Origin: Coraliomargarita sp.
GTDB lineage: Bacteria; Verrucomicrobiota; Verrucomicrobiia; Opitutales; Coraliomargaritaceae
Direction: 5' to 3'
Length of the DNA stretch: 64,000 nt
Assembly: GCA_965216325.1 (NCBI GenBank)
Contig: OZ244160.1
Location: forward strand, 1,696,001 to 1,760,000
Every line of letters starts with the position of its first letter. Within the stretch, counting starts at the first letter, position 1. Below the pieces are notes generated by a model that searched no databases, was not told the origin of the DNA, and was given only the letters and a program-made list of their open reading frames with translations. This document shows, piece after piece, positions 10,976-20,333 of this stretch. The position numbers and the translations under genes are program-made.

Positions 10976-11386
10976 ATGTCGATCTCTACCGAAGAGCTCA
11001 TTGCCATCAACGGCCTTCTCATAGAACGAGAAGTGGCCTTTGCGCGCGTGGGCAGTATCGAGCAATCGATCAACGAGCTCCTCGGAGGCGACTACCCCTT
11101 CCCCGCGCCGGAGGCGATCCCGCCTTCCACCCAAAAGCGCAAGACCAAGAAAAAAGCTGCCAGGGCCGCAAAACCAAAAGGCCCGCCGAAGCTACGCAGA
11201 TTACGCAGCCCCGAGGTCGCTTACCGTATACACACTATCGAGCAGGGCCAACCACAACAGCGCGAAGCAACCGACCTCAAGCCGCTCGAAGCAATCATCA
11301 AAGGCACCATTACAGGCATACGCCTGAGCAAAGTCGAAACCCTCAACAGCAGCGGTGAAGCAGTTGAGGTAATCTATCAAGGGTAG
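10976..11386 (+). CDS. Hypothetical protein, paralog of 10482, with basic linker and small C-terminal domain
   Basis: LLIEREVAFARVGSIEQSINELLGGDYPFP aligns with LLEEREAAYRRISELEEQVEGIVGEEGVFPFP. Confidence 0.75.
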   Translation: MSISTEELIAINGLLIEREVAFARVGSIEQSINELLGGDYPFPAPEAIPPSTQKRKTKKKAARAAKPKGPPKLRRLRSPEVAYRIHTIEQGQPQQREATDLKPLEAIIKGTITGIRLSKVETLNSSGEAVEVIYQG

Positions 11387-11467
11387 CGCAGGCGCGTCTC
11401 GCGCCGCACTACAGAGCACACGTCAGGCGAACAAACCGTCCGCGCCGCGAAACGCGGCAGCGCTACC
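11381..11467. repeat. GTAG-type REP doublet, family A
   Basis: gggtagcgcaggcgcgtctcgcgccgca identical to 24107 and 53749 copies; inverted partner ends gcgctacc. Confidence 0.85.
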
Positions 11468-11472
11468 TCGAT

Positions 11473-12060
11473 CTAAATTGTCGACCTTGCGTCAGGATTT
11501 GCGGCCTTGAGAGCTTCCGCTTCGGCTTGCCTTTGAGCTTCCCTAGCTTTCCGTCTACTCATATCAGCTGCCGCCTCCGCTTCCCACCGAGCTTGGTCAG
11601 CTTTAAGTTTTTCGGCATTATATTTTTCCCACGCAGCTCTACTTGCATTGGGGTCCGTATATTTCTCTCCATTTGGCCCCGTATAGACTGGTGCTTTCTC
11701 TCGAGTGAGTGTGATTGATGAGGACTCCCCCGAATTACTGGATGTGCTAGAAATACTATTCCCATTAGTTTGGGCATAAGCAATCGAACCATAGGGATCA
11801 GGCGTTCCGCTATAGTTTATAGTCGGCTGGTAAACTGGTGTTTCTTCATATTGGTAGGCAGCAGTCGCTGCCGTTGAAGAGACATCGTCAAGATCGACGC
11901 CCTCGGCAGTTTCAATTACTGTTACCAACGCTGCCACTGGCAATGACAGTGGCAATAGCGCATACTCTGTATTATTATTGAGCTCACCATCATCGCCCCC
12001 CATTAGCTCTTTTGCTTGAGGCGTGCATGAGCAAATTGTTAGGCATATCGGAATAAGCAC
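11473..12060 (-). CDS. Hypothetical exported protein or lipoprotein (start uncertain)
   Basis: 195-aa ORF in an AT-richer block; hydrophobic N-terminus ending ICSC; helical C-terminus. Confidence 0.5.
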   Translation of the reverse strand: MLIPICLTICSCTPQAKELMGGDDGELNNNTEYALLPLSLPVAALVTVIETAEGVDLDDVSSTAATAAYQYEETPVYQPTINYSGTPDPYGSIAYAQTNGNSISSTSSNSGESSSITLTREKAPVYTGPNGEKYTDPNASRAAWEKYNAEKLKADQARWEAEAAADMSRRKAREAQRQAEAEALKAANPDARSTI

Positions 12061-12151
12061 TAGCTTGTGATATACCCTTTTCTCTTCTTTTTCTTTGAGT
12101 TCATCGTTTTTATTAATCTCCGATTAATTGGGTTAACTAAGCGGCTGATCT

Positions 12152-12535
12152 CTATTTAACTTTCGTCCAAGTTTTCCCACTCGCGTATACGATCCCCGTC
12201 ATTACTAAGCTCGTATTAGTCACTTTGTAGGACAAGGTGTCGGCTGGATACCGCTTCTTTTCATCAAGATTGATACGTGGGAACTTCTGGCGAGTGATCG
12301 CTAAGGTCAGCTGGCCACCAGAGGTTGACCACTCATAAAAAGTAAGATCTTTGCTACTACTTTTTTGCTCACTGAGTATGGCAGTTCCATTAGCTTGGAA
12401 CTCAATGGTTGCTTGCCCAGATTGATATGAACCGTTGTCGATTTCCCAAGTTCCCAATAGAGATTTGTCTAGCGCAGCAACTGAAAGATGCAGGCATGAA
12501 AACAAACAAAGGGTAATGATAAGTAGCTTTTTCAT
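12152..12535 (-). CDS. Small secreted protein, lipocalin-like beta domain
   Basis: Signal peptide MKKLLIITLCLF..SVA, then LLGTW..IEFQANGT..WST..QLTL pattern. Confidence 0.65.
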   Translation of the reverse strand: MKKLLIITLCLFSCLHLSVAALDKSLLGTWEIDNGSYQSGQATIEFQANGTAILSEQKSSSKDLTFYEWSTSGGQLTLAITRQKFPRINLDEKKRYPADTLSYKVTNTSLVMTGIVYASGKTWTKVK

Positions 12536-12679
12536 AGTTTTTTGTAGTAGGTAGTTTGATATGGTAAGTTGTGCCTTAGCCTGTGAATAGGGCTTGCTAC
12601 AGCCTTGGTTGTAAGAATTTCTTCATGAGTGAGGATAGATGTCCTTACCGATGAATTCGGCAGTTGATTCTGCCATCTC

Positions 12680-14389
12680 TTAGTTCTCTCTGACCTGATA
12701 AAATTGCTTCGCACGTAGCCCCTGTGGGTCTGCTACTGGATGATCCAGACCATCCCCGGCAAGCTGCGCAATACAGATCCAAGGGCCCGCCGGAGAATCA
12801 CTGCTCCAAACTGAATATAGCGTCTCTACTTCGGTGTTAAAAGTGAGTGTGGGTGTAGTTCCATTTTCAATATCGATGACCGAGAATTTGGAACTACCAA
12901 TCGTTTGATCTGTAGTCACGGCAAACTGCCCAAACACGTCAGTTTGTAGACTCAACCATTCGCCACCATAGGTAAAATCGGAGACTTCATTCCAAGAACT
13001 TCCTCCATCGCTAGAGCGCCACACTTTTAAATGATCCTCGCTAAAACCGGCACCAAGCTGAAACGAAAGTGTCGCAGTGGAATTTTCTAAATCAGTCGAA
13101 ACTTCATATGCAAGTAATGCCAGCTCACCATTAATCGGCCCAGTCGCAGTGAGTTCGGTTGAATTAATCGAAGCCACTCCGGCATCGCTAGAGAAACTAA
13201 TATCTAATGAATCGCCTCCCTCGATAGACGTTGCAGATATCGATGCGGATTTCAGACCGCTATCTTCTTCGATCGCAGTTGAAAAGCTCGACCGGAAACT
13301 AGGCCTCGACCAAGACCAACGCCTCCAAGGGGGGCGCCTCCAGCGATAACGCTGACCACTCAAATCCTGATCACTCACGGGAGCAGAAACTACGACTGGA
13401 GCGGGCACAGTAAACTCTCCTAAACTCCAAGTGCCACCCTGCGCGCTATAACGACTTGAACCTATAATAAGAAGCTGCCCTACAGAAATCGGAGTATAGG
13501 TGCCTGCTTCCAGATTTGGCTCAGCAATGAAATGAACCTCTCCATCAACTATAAATGACCGTCCAGCCGTCACCATATTCTCCTGTCCCACATGTAGATT
13601 GAGCGTATCGACAACCCGAACATCTCCATCTGTAGTTAGCGTAGCACCATTCTTTAACGTGGTCGTGCCTCTAACATAAACATCTGCATCAGAAGTAATC
13701 GCGCCAAAATCAGTTGCTTCAACCTCGCCTCTCAACTCCAAAGAGGAGGCCTTAAGGCTGGATCCTGCACCCGAGACTCGAATCGAACTCCCCTCGAACA
13801 ACTCCAAACGATTATTCGACTCGAAACCGCCACCCTCTTCGATTTTCAGTTTCCCTCGGCCTGTCCGATAGGCTCCAACCAAAGTAGCCTGACCGCCAAC
13901 TGTCATCATAGAACCACTACCCGTAATAAGGACTTCGCCGTCACCATCGCCAGATCCATAGACGCCGCCGATGTGAACTAGGGGCAATAAGTCCGCGAAA
14001 CTGCCACTTTGCGTAGTGACGTGACCACCATTTGTAATTCTAAGCACCCCAGAGCCATTGCCATGGCCAAGATGAAAGTCGCCGCGATTGAAATATGCAG
14101 AGCCACTACCATCGACATGAAATGTGCTATTTGCATTGAAGCCGATGCTTGTCCCTGCCCGCCAACCATCAATGCTTTGCCAGTCTATCATGTTCACCGT
14201 GCAACCATTCTCAATTTTCAGAGAACTCACCGGACCATGAAGATTCAATCGAGGAGTTAAGCCCCCAATAGTCCAAGCCGTGACATCTGCGGGCGGCTGA
14301 GGGATTACATTTCCAGTTGCAGTAAAGTCCGCAAGAACAGTTCCTCCGAAACTGAGTGCAATGATTAGAGATGCTAGAGCTACACGCAT
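12680..14389 (-). CDS. Secreted beta-helix/passenger-like protein (T5SS/PEP-CTERM-associated-type repeats) with PVC-type C-terminal domain
   Basis: Signal peptide; repeats such as VDGSGSAY, LGHGNGSGVLRITNGG, ITGSGSMM, VSGAGSSL; C-terminus YSVWSSDS..W..GDG..FYQV. Confidence 0.7.
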   Translation of the reverse strand: MRVALASLIIALSFGGTVLADFTATGNVIPQPPADVTAWTIGGLTPRLNLHGPVSSLKIENGCTVNMIDWQSIDGWRAGTSIGFNANSTFHVDGSGSAYFNRGDFHLGHGNGSGVLRITNGGHVTTQSGSFADLLPLVHIGGVYGSGDGDGEVLITGSGSMMTVGGQATLVGAYRTGRGKLKIEEGGGFESNNRLELFEGSSIRVSGAGSSLKASSLELRGEVEATDFGAITSDADVYVRGTTTLKNGATLTTDGDVRVVDTLNLHVGQENMVTAGRSFIVDGEVHFIAEPNLEAGTYTPISVGQLLIIGSSRYSAQGGTWSLGEFTVPAPVVVSAPVSDQDLSGQRYRWRRPPWRRWSWSRPSFRSSFSTAIEEDSGLKSASISATSIEGGDSLDISFSSDAGVASINSTELTATGPINGELALLAYEVSTDLENSTATLSFQLGAGFSEDHLKVWRSSDGGSSWNEVSDFTYGGEWLSLQTDVFGQFAVTTDQTIGSSKFSVIDIENGTTPTLTFNTEVETLYSVWSSDSPAGPWICIAQLAGDGLDHPVADPQGLRAKQFYQVREN

Positions 14390-14528
14390 AGACTTGGAAG
14401 TAGGTAGTTTAATTCATAATATTAGCACAAAACGAGCCTACTCGTCTTGGATAATCCTGACTTTTCGACTACAGAGGACTCAATAGCGCGCTTAGGCGTG
14501 TCAGAGAATTTACCAAGGCTACAAAATG

Positions 14529-14600
14529 GGAGGCAGGACACTCCTGTCCTGTTACTTCCAGACTCAACAGAATGTTGCGAACAAGAGTGCCCACACTCCG
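14529..14600. repeat. GGAG-type REP doublet
   Basis: ggaggcaggacactcctgtcctg and inverted gcgaacaagagtgcccacactcc. Confidence 0.55.
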
Positions 14601-14603
14601 CTT

Positions 14604-15566
14604 CTATATCATGCGCTTGTAATCGCTAGGAGTGAGCCCCGTCCATTGCTTGAAGACTCTAGATAAGTGAGCCTGGTCATAAAAACCACACAAATAGGCA
14701 ACCTCGCTAATGCCGGAAGGCGTGTGTAGCAGCTCTCTCGCCTTCGACACGCGCATGCGCGTGATATAGCGATGCGGAGAGGAATGCGTCACAGCTTTGA
14801 AGCAACGTGAGAAATAGCCAGGCGACATACCCGCAAGGCTCGCCAATTCTTCGATTTGGATCGGCTTATGCACTCTGGACCACACGTATTCCTGAATTCG
14901 CGACATAGTGGATTCCGAAAGACCTCGACTCGGCGATTTCGGCAGCTTTCGATCGGATACATCAAGACCTCTAACTAGCAAAGTCGCTGCGATTTCGAGG
15001 TAGTCATACAAGGCCAAATCCGGCAATTTGTCACCATATTGAAGCGCCGCCTCTAGCTGCAATACATGCTGGCACAACTCCGGTAATAGCATACCCATTT
15101 GCGAGTCGCCCAAATACAGATTCTCGACCTTCTCGCTGGCCGTAGTATCCAATAGAAATGAGTCGGGTATCAAGATGTGGATACAACCCCTAGCTCCGGT
15201 GAACTCCCACTCGGTCTCAGTGAAGGGGGCAATGTAAACCAAATTATTACGGTGCAACTTGCCCCCCAAGCAGGACTCCTGCTTGCCGTGTTGAATCAGC
15301 ATCTGTTCTGGCCCGTCGTGTATTTGCACCATGAGCCAATGGTGCGGAATCGCCGGAAGCGTCATCTCTGAGGGAGGACAGTTCCTGTAATACTCGATCT
15401 GCACTTTGGCACAGCTAAGCTTCACCTCACGGGAACGATTCAGGTCAGCAGTAATATTTTCAATACGCTGATCAAGGGCACAATACATTGAGGACGAGGA
15501 CCGTTTGGGATATTTCGAATCAGTAAGGCAATAAACGCGCGAGTCAGGCACGCCTATATTTAGCAT
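14604..15566 (-). CDS. AraC-family transcriptional regulator
   Basis: C-terminal double HTH: LASLAGMSPGYFSRCFK..ISEVAYLCGFYDQAHLSRVFKQWTGLTP. Confidence 0.92.
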   Translation of the reverse strand: MLNIGVPDSRVYCLTDSKYPKRSSSSMYCALDQRIENITADLNRSREVKLSCAKVQIEYYRNCPPSEMTLPAIPHHWLMVQIHDGPEQMLIQHGKQESCLGGKLHRNNLVYIAPFTETEWEFTGARGCIHILIPDSFLLDTTASEKVENLYLGDSQMGMLLPELCQHVLQLEAALQYGDKLPDLALYDYLEIAATLLVRGLDVSDRKLPKSPSRGLSESTMSRIQEYVWSRVHKPIQIEELASLAGMSPGYFSRCFKAVTHSSPHRYITRMRVSKARELLHTPSGISEVAYLCGFYDQAHLSRVFKQWTGLTPSDYKRMI

Positions 15567-15695
15567 GTAGAATGCCTACACAGAAAAATATTCCCAAGAA
15601 ATATCAAATACTTCGCCTTGAATTTGAGATTTGGGGCTCAGCAACGGCGAAACCCTCAACAGCAGCGGCGAAGCTGTTGTGCTGTTTAAATGGCT

Positions 15696-15754
15696 GGGGT
15701 CCAGGCTTTAGCCGGTTCAAAGTCATTTCAAACCGCCTCAAGGCGGAACCCCAA
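15696..15754. repeat. REP-like palindromic pair downstream of the helicase
   Basis: tggggtccaggctttagccggt ... accgcctcaaggcggaacccca. Confidence 0.5.
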
Positions 15755-15761
15755 CTTTCAA

Positions 15762-16982
15762 CTACCGACGACGGCGGCCGAATTTGCTGCTACCGGAATT
15801 ACGGCGACGACGCTTTGGCTTGGCCTCTTCCGCATCGCGAATCATCGGCTCATGAAAATAGTTAAAGCCGTCCAATTTGCGCTGCGGGATTTGCGCATCA
15901 ATGAACTTCTCGATTGCATCGAGTTTACTCTGCTCGTCGGGAGCAAGAATCGTTGCGGCATCTCCTTCACGCTGTGCACGTCCAGTGCGGCCAATACGGT
16001 GCACATAGTCTTCAGCGTGTTCCGGCACATCGTAGTTGATGACGTGTGTTACATTGGCGATGTCCAAGCCACGCGATGCAATATCCGTTGCCACCAAAAT
16101 CTTAATCTCGCCATTCTTGAAGCGCTCCAAGGCTTTCGTGCGCGCCTTCTGCGGGAGATTCGAGTGCATGGCCGCACAACTGTATTTTCGCTCTTGTAGC
16201 CAACGCGTAATTCGGTCCGCTCCTACCTTCATACGGCAGAAGATGATCATGCTATCGACTTCCATGCTCTCAATGAGCGCAACGAGGAGATCAAACTTCT
16301 GCATTGCGCCAACCGGATACACCTCGTGCTTCACGGTCTCGGCCGGAGAAATCTTAATGCTGATCGCGACCTCGACCGGATCCTTCAGGCTGTGAGCAAT
16401 GAGTCGCTTGATCTCTTCAGAGACGGTTGCAGAAAAGAGCAGCGTTTGGCGCTTCTTGTTGCTGCAGTAGCGGATGATACGCTTCACGTCGTCGATGAAG
16501 CCCATGTCGAGCATGCGGTCGACCTCGTCGAGAATGAGTAACTCAATGCTGCGCAAATCGATGGTCTTTTGCTGCACGTGGTCGAGTAGTCGACCTGGAG
16601 TGGCAATCACTACATCCGCGCCCGCTTCGAGTTCTTGACGCTGCTTGCCGTAACCGACACCACCATGGATCAACGCACACTTCGGTTCGGAGCCCTTGCC
16701 ATATTTCTTGAATTGATCCTTCACCTGAGCAGCGAGCTCACGCGTTGGGCCCAGCACAAGGCAGCGTGGTGCCGCTCCCTTTTTGTGACCTCCGAGAATA
16801 TGTAGCGCGGGGAGCGCAAAGGCAGCAGTCTTGCCGGTGCCGGTTTGCGCAGAGCCAATCACATCGCGGCCCTCGATAATGTGGGGGATTGCACCCGCTT
16901 GAATAGGAGTCGGCTCGGTGTAACCGGATTCTTCGATTGCAGCGAGAATAGAGGGCGCAAGGCCCAGTTCTTTAAATGTCAT
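15762..16982 (-). CDS. DEAD-box RNA helicase (RhlE-like)
   Basis: Q motif, AQTGTGKT, PTRELA, TPGRLLD, DEVD, SAT, HRIGRTGRA; start at MTFKELGL. Confidence 0.95.
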   Translation of the reverse strand: MTFKELGLAPSILAAIEESGYTEPTPIQAGAIPHIIEGRDVIGSAQTGTGKTAAFALPALHILGGHKKGAAPRCLVLGPTRELAAQVKDQFKKYGKGSEPKCALIHGGVGYGKQRQELEAGADVVIATPGRLLDHVQQKTIDLRSIELLILDEVDRMLDMGFIDDVKRIIRYCSNKKRQTLLFSATVSEEIKRLIAHSLKDPVEVAISIKISPAETVKHEVYPVGAMQKFDLLVALIESMEVDSMIIFCRMKVGADRITRWLQERKYSCAAMHSNLPQKARTKALERFKNGEIKILVATDIASRGLDIANVTHVINYDVPEHAEDYVHRIGRTGRAQREGDAATILAPDEQSKLDAIEKFIDAQIPQRKLDGFNYFHEPMIRDAEEAKPKRRRRNSGSSKFGRRRR

Positions 16983-17207
16983 ACTGTCCTGAGTGTTGAA
17001 GTGCCCGGCCAAATCATCACCCGGGTCCAATTGAAAGCCCCCAGACCAACCGGGAGCAAGAAAGCTGCACAGTGGAGTTATTTCTTTGAGAATCAAGGAG
17101 AAAGCGAGAACCCCGACGCAAGCTGACGTTACACTATAGTAACTTGCGACTCCCCCATTGACTTATCGCCAAACAGTAGGATTCTGAGCAATCCGTTTTG
17201 AAGCATT

Positions 17208-18713
17208 ATGAAGTTACTTGAAAAATCCCTCTTGGCGGCTTCCGCGCTCGCCGCCCCCCTCCTCAGCAACGCGGCATCCTTTGAAGCTGCTAGCAAGTAT
17301 TTGGATACAGATGGTTCGTTCATCGCCTATGTTGATTTCGCTGGTGATGGCGCCGCAATTGGCCAACAGCTCAACCAGATTCTGGCTGAAGTGCGCACTG
17401 GCGCGCCAGAAGCCACGATGATAGTGCCACCCATCAATTTTGAACAACTGTTTGGCCAACTTGGCTTTGGCAGCATGCAAGCATTGGGCGCCAGCTCCAA
17501 GGCACTTGACAATGGCCTTCAAGCCAATCGTTCGGTGATGCTTACCGATGGCACACTGTCTGGCCTATTTGCGATGTATGGCAGCGCTGAGGCACCAATG
17601 AGCGGCTTTGACCTTGCGGAGCGCGCACCCGCAGACTCGAACACAGTTGTTTCCGGTCCGCTCTATATCACACCACTACGCGATCTGGTTAAGGTGCTCA
17701 TGACCCAATACATGGGCACAATGGGCACCGGACTCATGGATCAACAACTCGCAGCTCCGCTGCTCGGAACGGATATCACTGCAAATGAGCTCATCGAAGC
17801 CCTATCCGGGCACTTTGAGTTCTGCATGTATCAAGGCTATAAGGACGAGCTCAGCCCTGAATACAAAATCTGGGCGAGTTTGGAAAACGCAGGAAGCATG
17901 GTCGATCGCTTGAAGGCGGCTGAAGAGACGCTGCCAATTGTCTTCTCAGAGTCGAACGGTGCTACCATCGCCGATCTGAGTGCACTTCTGGGACAGGAAG
18001 CAATGGGACTATTTCTCAAGCATGATCCTAGCGGTGCCTTGCACGTATATACCCACGCAGACTGGGGCCCCCACACCGATGGTCCGAAGCTTGCCGACAG
18101 CGAAGCCTTCCAAAAGTTCAGCGAACTCCTTCCCGAAGAGGCTCACTGGTATAGCTACGCTGAGGGTGCCAGCCAAGATATCGAGGCGATGTTTGCCACC
18201 TTCGAGGCTTTCCCTGCAGCCGCACCCTACTTAAGCGCAGGCCGCAAAGCATTTGACCTGCTACTTGGCGACTTCATGGAGCCTGCAGCAAGCGCAACCA
18301 TCATCACAGACGATGCAGTCTACAGTGAGGTTTACGCCAGCTACTCCTATAAGCAGCTGGTAACCGCGGTCCCCGCTGTGTTTGCCGGCGGCTTGGCTGC
18401 TTCGGTCGCAGTGCCCTACTACATGTTCGGTCAAGCCATGGATGACGATTTCGACATGGACATGATGCTCAGCGACGAAGAGCAAATTGAGTTCAACCTC
18501 AGCACAATCCTGACCGCAGCCCAAATCTACATGCTCGATGAAGGGGTCAATGAAATCAGCTACAAGCAACTGCTTGAGCAAGAAGAGAACTACGGCGTCA
18601 GCGACATCGAGCCCGTGCTCGGCGAGAGCTATGACGATATCGTTATCACAGCAGAAACCGAAGAACTTAGCATCGAACTTCCGGATGGACGCGTGATCAC
18701 TTCTTCGTTCTAA
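17208..18713 (+). CDS. Exported acidic protein with C-terminal pilin-like segment
   Basis: Signal peptide; late hydrophobic helix GGLAASVAVP followed by NLSTILTAAQIYMLDEG. Confidence 0.7.
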   Translation: MKLLEKSLLAASALAAPLLSNAASFEAASKYLDTDGSFIAYVDFAGDGAAIGQQLNQILAEVRTGAPEATMIVPPINFEQLFGQLGFGSMQALGASSKALDNGLQANRSVMLTDGTLSGLFAMYGSAEAPMSGFDLAERAPADSNTVVSGPLYITPLRDLVKVLMTQYMGTMGTGLMDQQLAAPLLGTDITANELIEALSGHFEFCMYQGYKDELSPEYKIWASLENAGSMVDRLKAAEETLPIVFSESNGATIADLSALLGQEAMGLFLKHDPSGALHVYTHADWGPHTDGPKLADSEAFQKFSELLPEEAHWYSYAEGASQDIEAMFATFEAFPAAAPYLSAGRKAFDLLLGDFMEPAASATIITDDAVYSEVYASYSYKQLVTAVPAVFAGGLAASVAVPYYMFGQAMDDDFDMDMMLSDEEQIEFNLSTILTAAQIYMLDEGVNEISYKQLLEQEENYGVSDIEPVLGESYDDIVITAETEELSIELPDGRVITSSF

Positions 18714-18749
18714 TTTCAACAAACACCATAACTAACTAACACAACAAAG

Positions 18750-18781
18750 AGGTGGCACTGCTCGCGGGTGTCACCTTTTTT
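18750..18781 (+). terminator. Intrinsic terminator
   Basis: aggtggcac-N9-gtgtcacct plus T run. Confidence 0.7.
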
Positions 18782-18838
18782 GTGCCTGTTCACAACCGCT
18801 GCTTGCAAGACTGCCGAACATGAATTGTAATGATGGCA

Positions 18839-19702
18839 ATGAGTTCCACATACCGCGGCCGCATTGCTCCGACCCCGACGGGTTATTTACACCTCGGACA
18901 TGCGCGCACGTTTTGGATGGCAATGGAGCGCGCCCGGGAAGCAGGCGGCACACTCATTTACCGAGATGAAGACCTCGATCCGCAGCGCTGTAAAAACGAA
19001 TATTCCGAAGGCGCGATTCAGGATTTACGCTGGTTTGGTTGCGAGTGGTCAGAAGGTCCTGATGTCGGTGGCCCCGTGGGCCCCTACACCCAGAGCGAAC
19101 GCATCCCGCTATTCCTAGACGCGTGGAAGCATCTCAAGGAAGCAGGCTTTATTTATCCCTGCAGGAAATCGCGCAAGGATGTCGCTAATGCCGCCCAAGC
19201 GCCACACGCGGAGGACGACGCCGAGCCCATTTATCCGGAAAGCTGGCGCCCGCCGCTCGGAACCGGAAAGACCGAGCAAGCACCCGGCGAGGTCAACTGG
19301 CGCTTCCGCGTGCCGGATGATCACACGGTGCAGTTTGACGATGTAAGACTGGGTCCCTGCGCCTTTGAATGTTTGCGCGACTTCGGCGACTTTCTCGTTT
19401 GGCGCAAGGATGGCGTGCCTGCCTACGAATTGGCGGTCGTCGTGGATGACAATGCCATGGGCATCACCGAGGTCGTGCGCGGCGAGGACCTGCTCATTTC
19501 CACTGCCCGCCAGTTACTCATCTACGACGCACTCGGCCTCAAGCCGCCGAGATTCTATCACACACCACTCCTGTGCGACACCGATGGCCGTCGATTAGCC
19601 AAACGCCATCGCTCATTGACTTTACGCGAACTCCGCGAAGCCGGCCATACACCCGAACAATTGCGCACGTCCGACGACTGGTGGTCGGGCCTGGACGATT
19701 AG
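18839..19702 (+). CDS. gluQ: Glutamyl-Q tRNA(Asp) synthetase
   Basis: GRIAPTPTGYLHLGH, AYELAVVVDD, VRGEDL, RLAKR; lacks anticodon-binding domain. Confidence 0.9.
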   Translation: MSSTYRGRIAPTPTGYLHLGHARTFWMAMERAREAGGTLIYRDEDLDPQRCKNEYSEGAIQDLRWFGCEWSEGPDVGGPVGPYTQSERIPLFLDAWKHLKEAGFIYPCRKSRKDVANAAQAPHAEDDAEPIYPESWRPPLGTGKTEQAPGEVNWRFRVPDDHTVQFDDVRLGPCAFECLRDFGDFLVWRKDGVPAYELAVVVDDNAMGITEVVRGEDLLISTARQLLIYDALGLKPPRFYHTPLLCDTDGRRLAKRHRSLTLRELREAGHTPEQLRTSDDWWSGLDD

Positions 19703-19805
19703 TCGGCCATGCAGCAACACAGGCAACTGCAACTGCGAACATTCGTAGGTCGGCGACGCACAATCTCTGGTCGTAGAAGTGCCAGCACACTTTAAATTTG
19801 AACCG

Positions 19806-20333
19806 ATGGGCCCACAAGCCAAAGCACTACTGAACGGCCTACTCGGCAGTGCTCTGAGCTATGGGGCATTGACCATCTTCCCCGAACTGGAAATCGAACT
19901 CTTTGCACGCACGGCAGCGGAAGCCGCATCGCTGTTTACAGGCGCCCCCGTGCTAGCGGATCCAGCGGGTTGGCTGCTGCCTCATGCTGGCGTTGAACTG
20001 CTGGTCTCCGAGGCCTGCAGCGGCACTGATTTCTTCGTAATGCTCGTCGCATTACTGTGCTGGCGCTTCACCGCGCGCACGCATACCGGAACTGCCATCG
20101 CACTCGGTCTTGCACTGGGGCTCGCCGGCTCTCTGGCCGTGAATAGCCTGCGCGTCATTCTGGTTGCCCAGACCTCACGCCTACAACTGGCCTTACTTCC
20201 CGAAGATTATCAAAGTTTCGCGCATCTTTTGCTCGGAATCACTGTCTTCCTCCCTGCACTTGTTCTCGTTAACCTCGTCTTTGATGCCTATGACCGAAGC
20301 GACACTGCCCGAAGCCCAACCGCCCCCAATTAA
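19806..20333 (+). CDS. Short exosortase/archaeosortase-family protein (XrtK-like)
   Basis: Membrane protein with VSEACSG (Cys), VNSLRV (Arg), FAHLLLG (His). Confidence 0.75.
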   Translation: MGPQAKALLNGLLGSALSYGALTIFPELEIELFARTAAEAASLFTGAPVLADPAGWLLPHAGVELLVSEACSGTDFFVMLVALLCWRFTARTHTGTAIALGLALGLAGSLAVNSLRVILVAQTSRLQLALLPEDYQSFAHLLLGITVFLPALVLVNLVFDAYDRSDTARSPTAPN

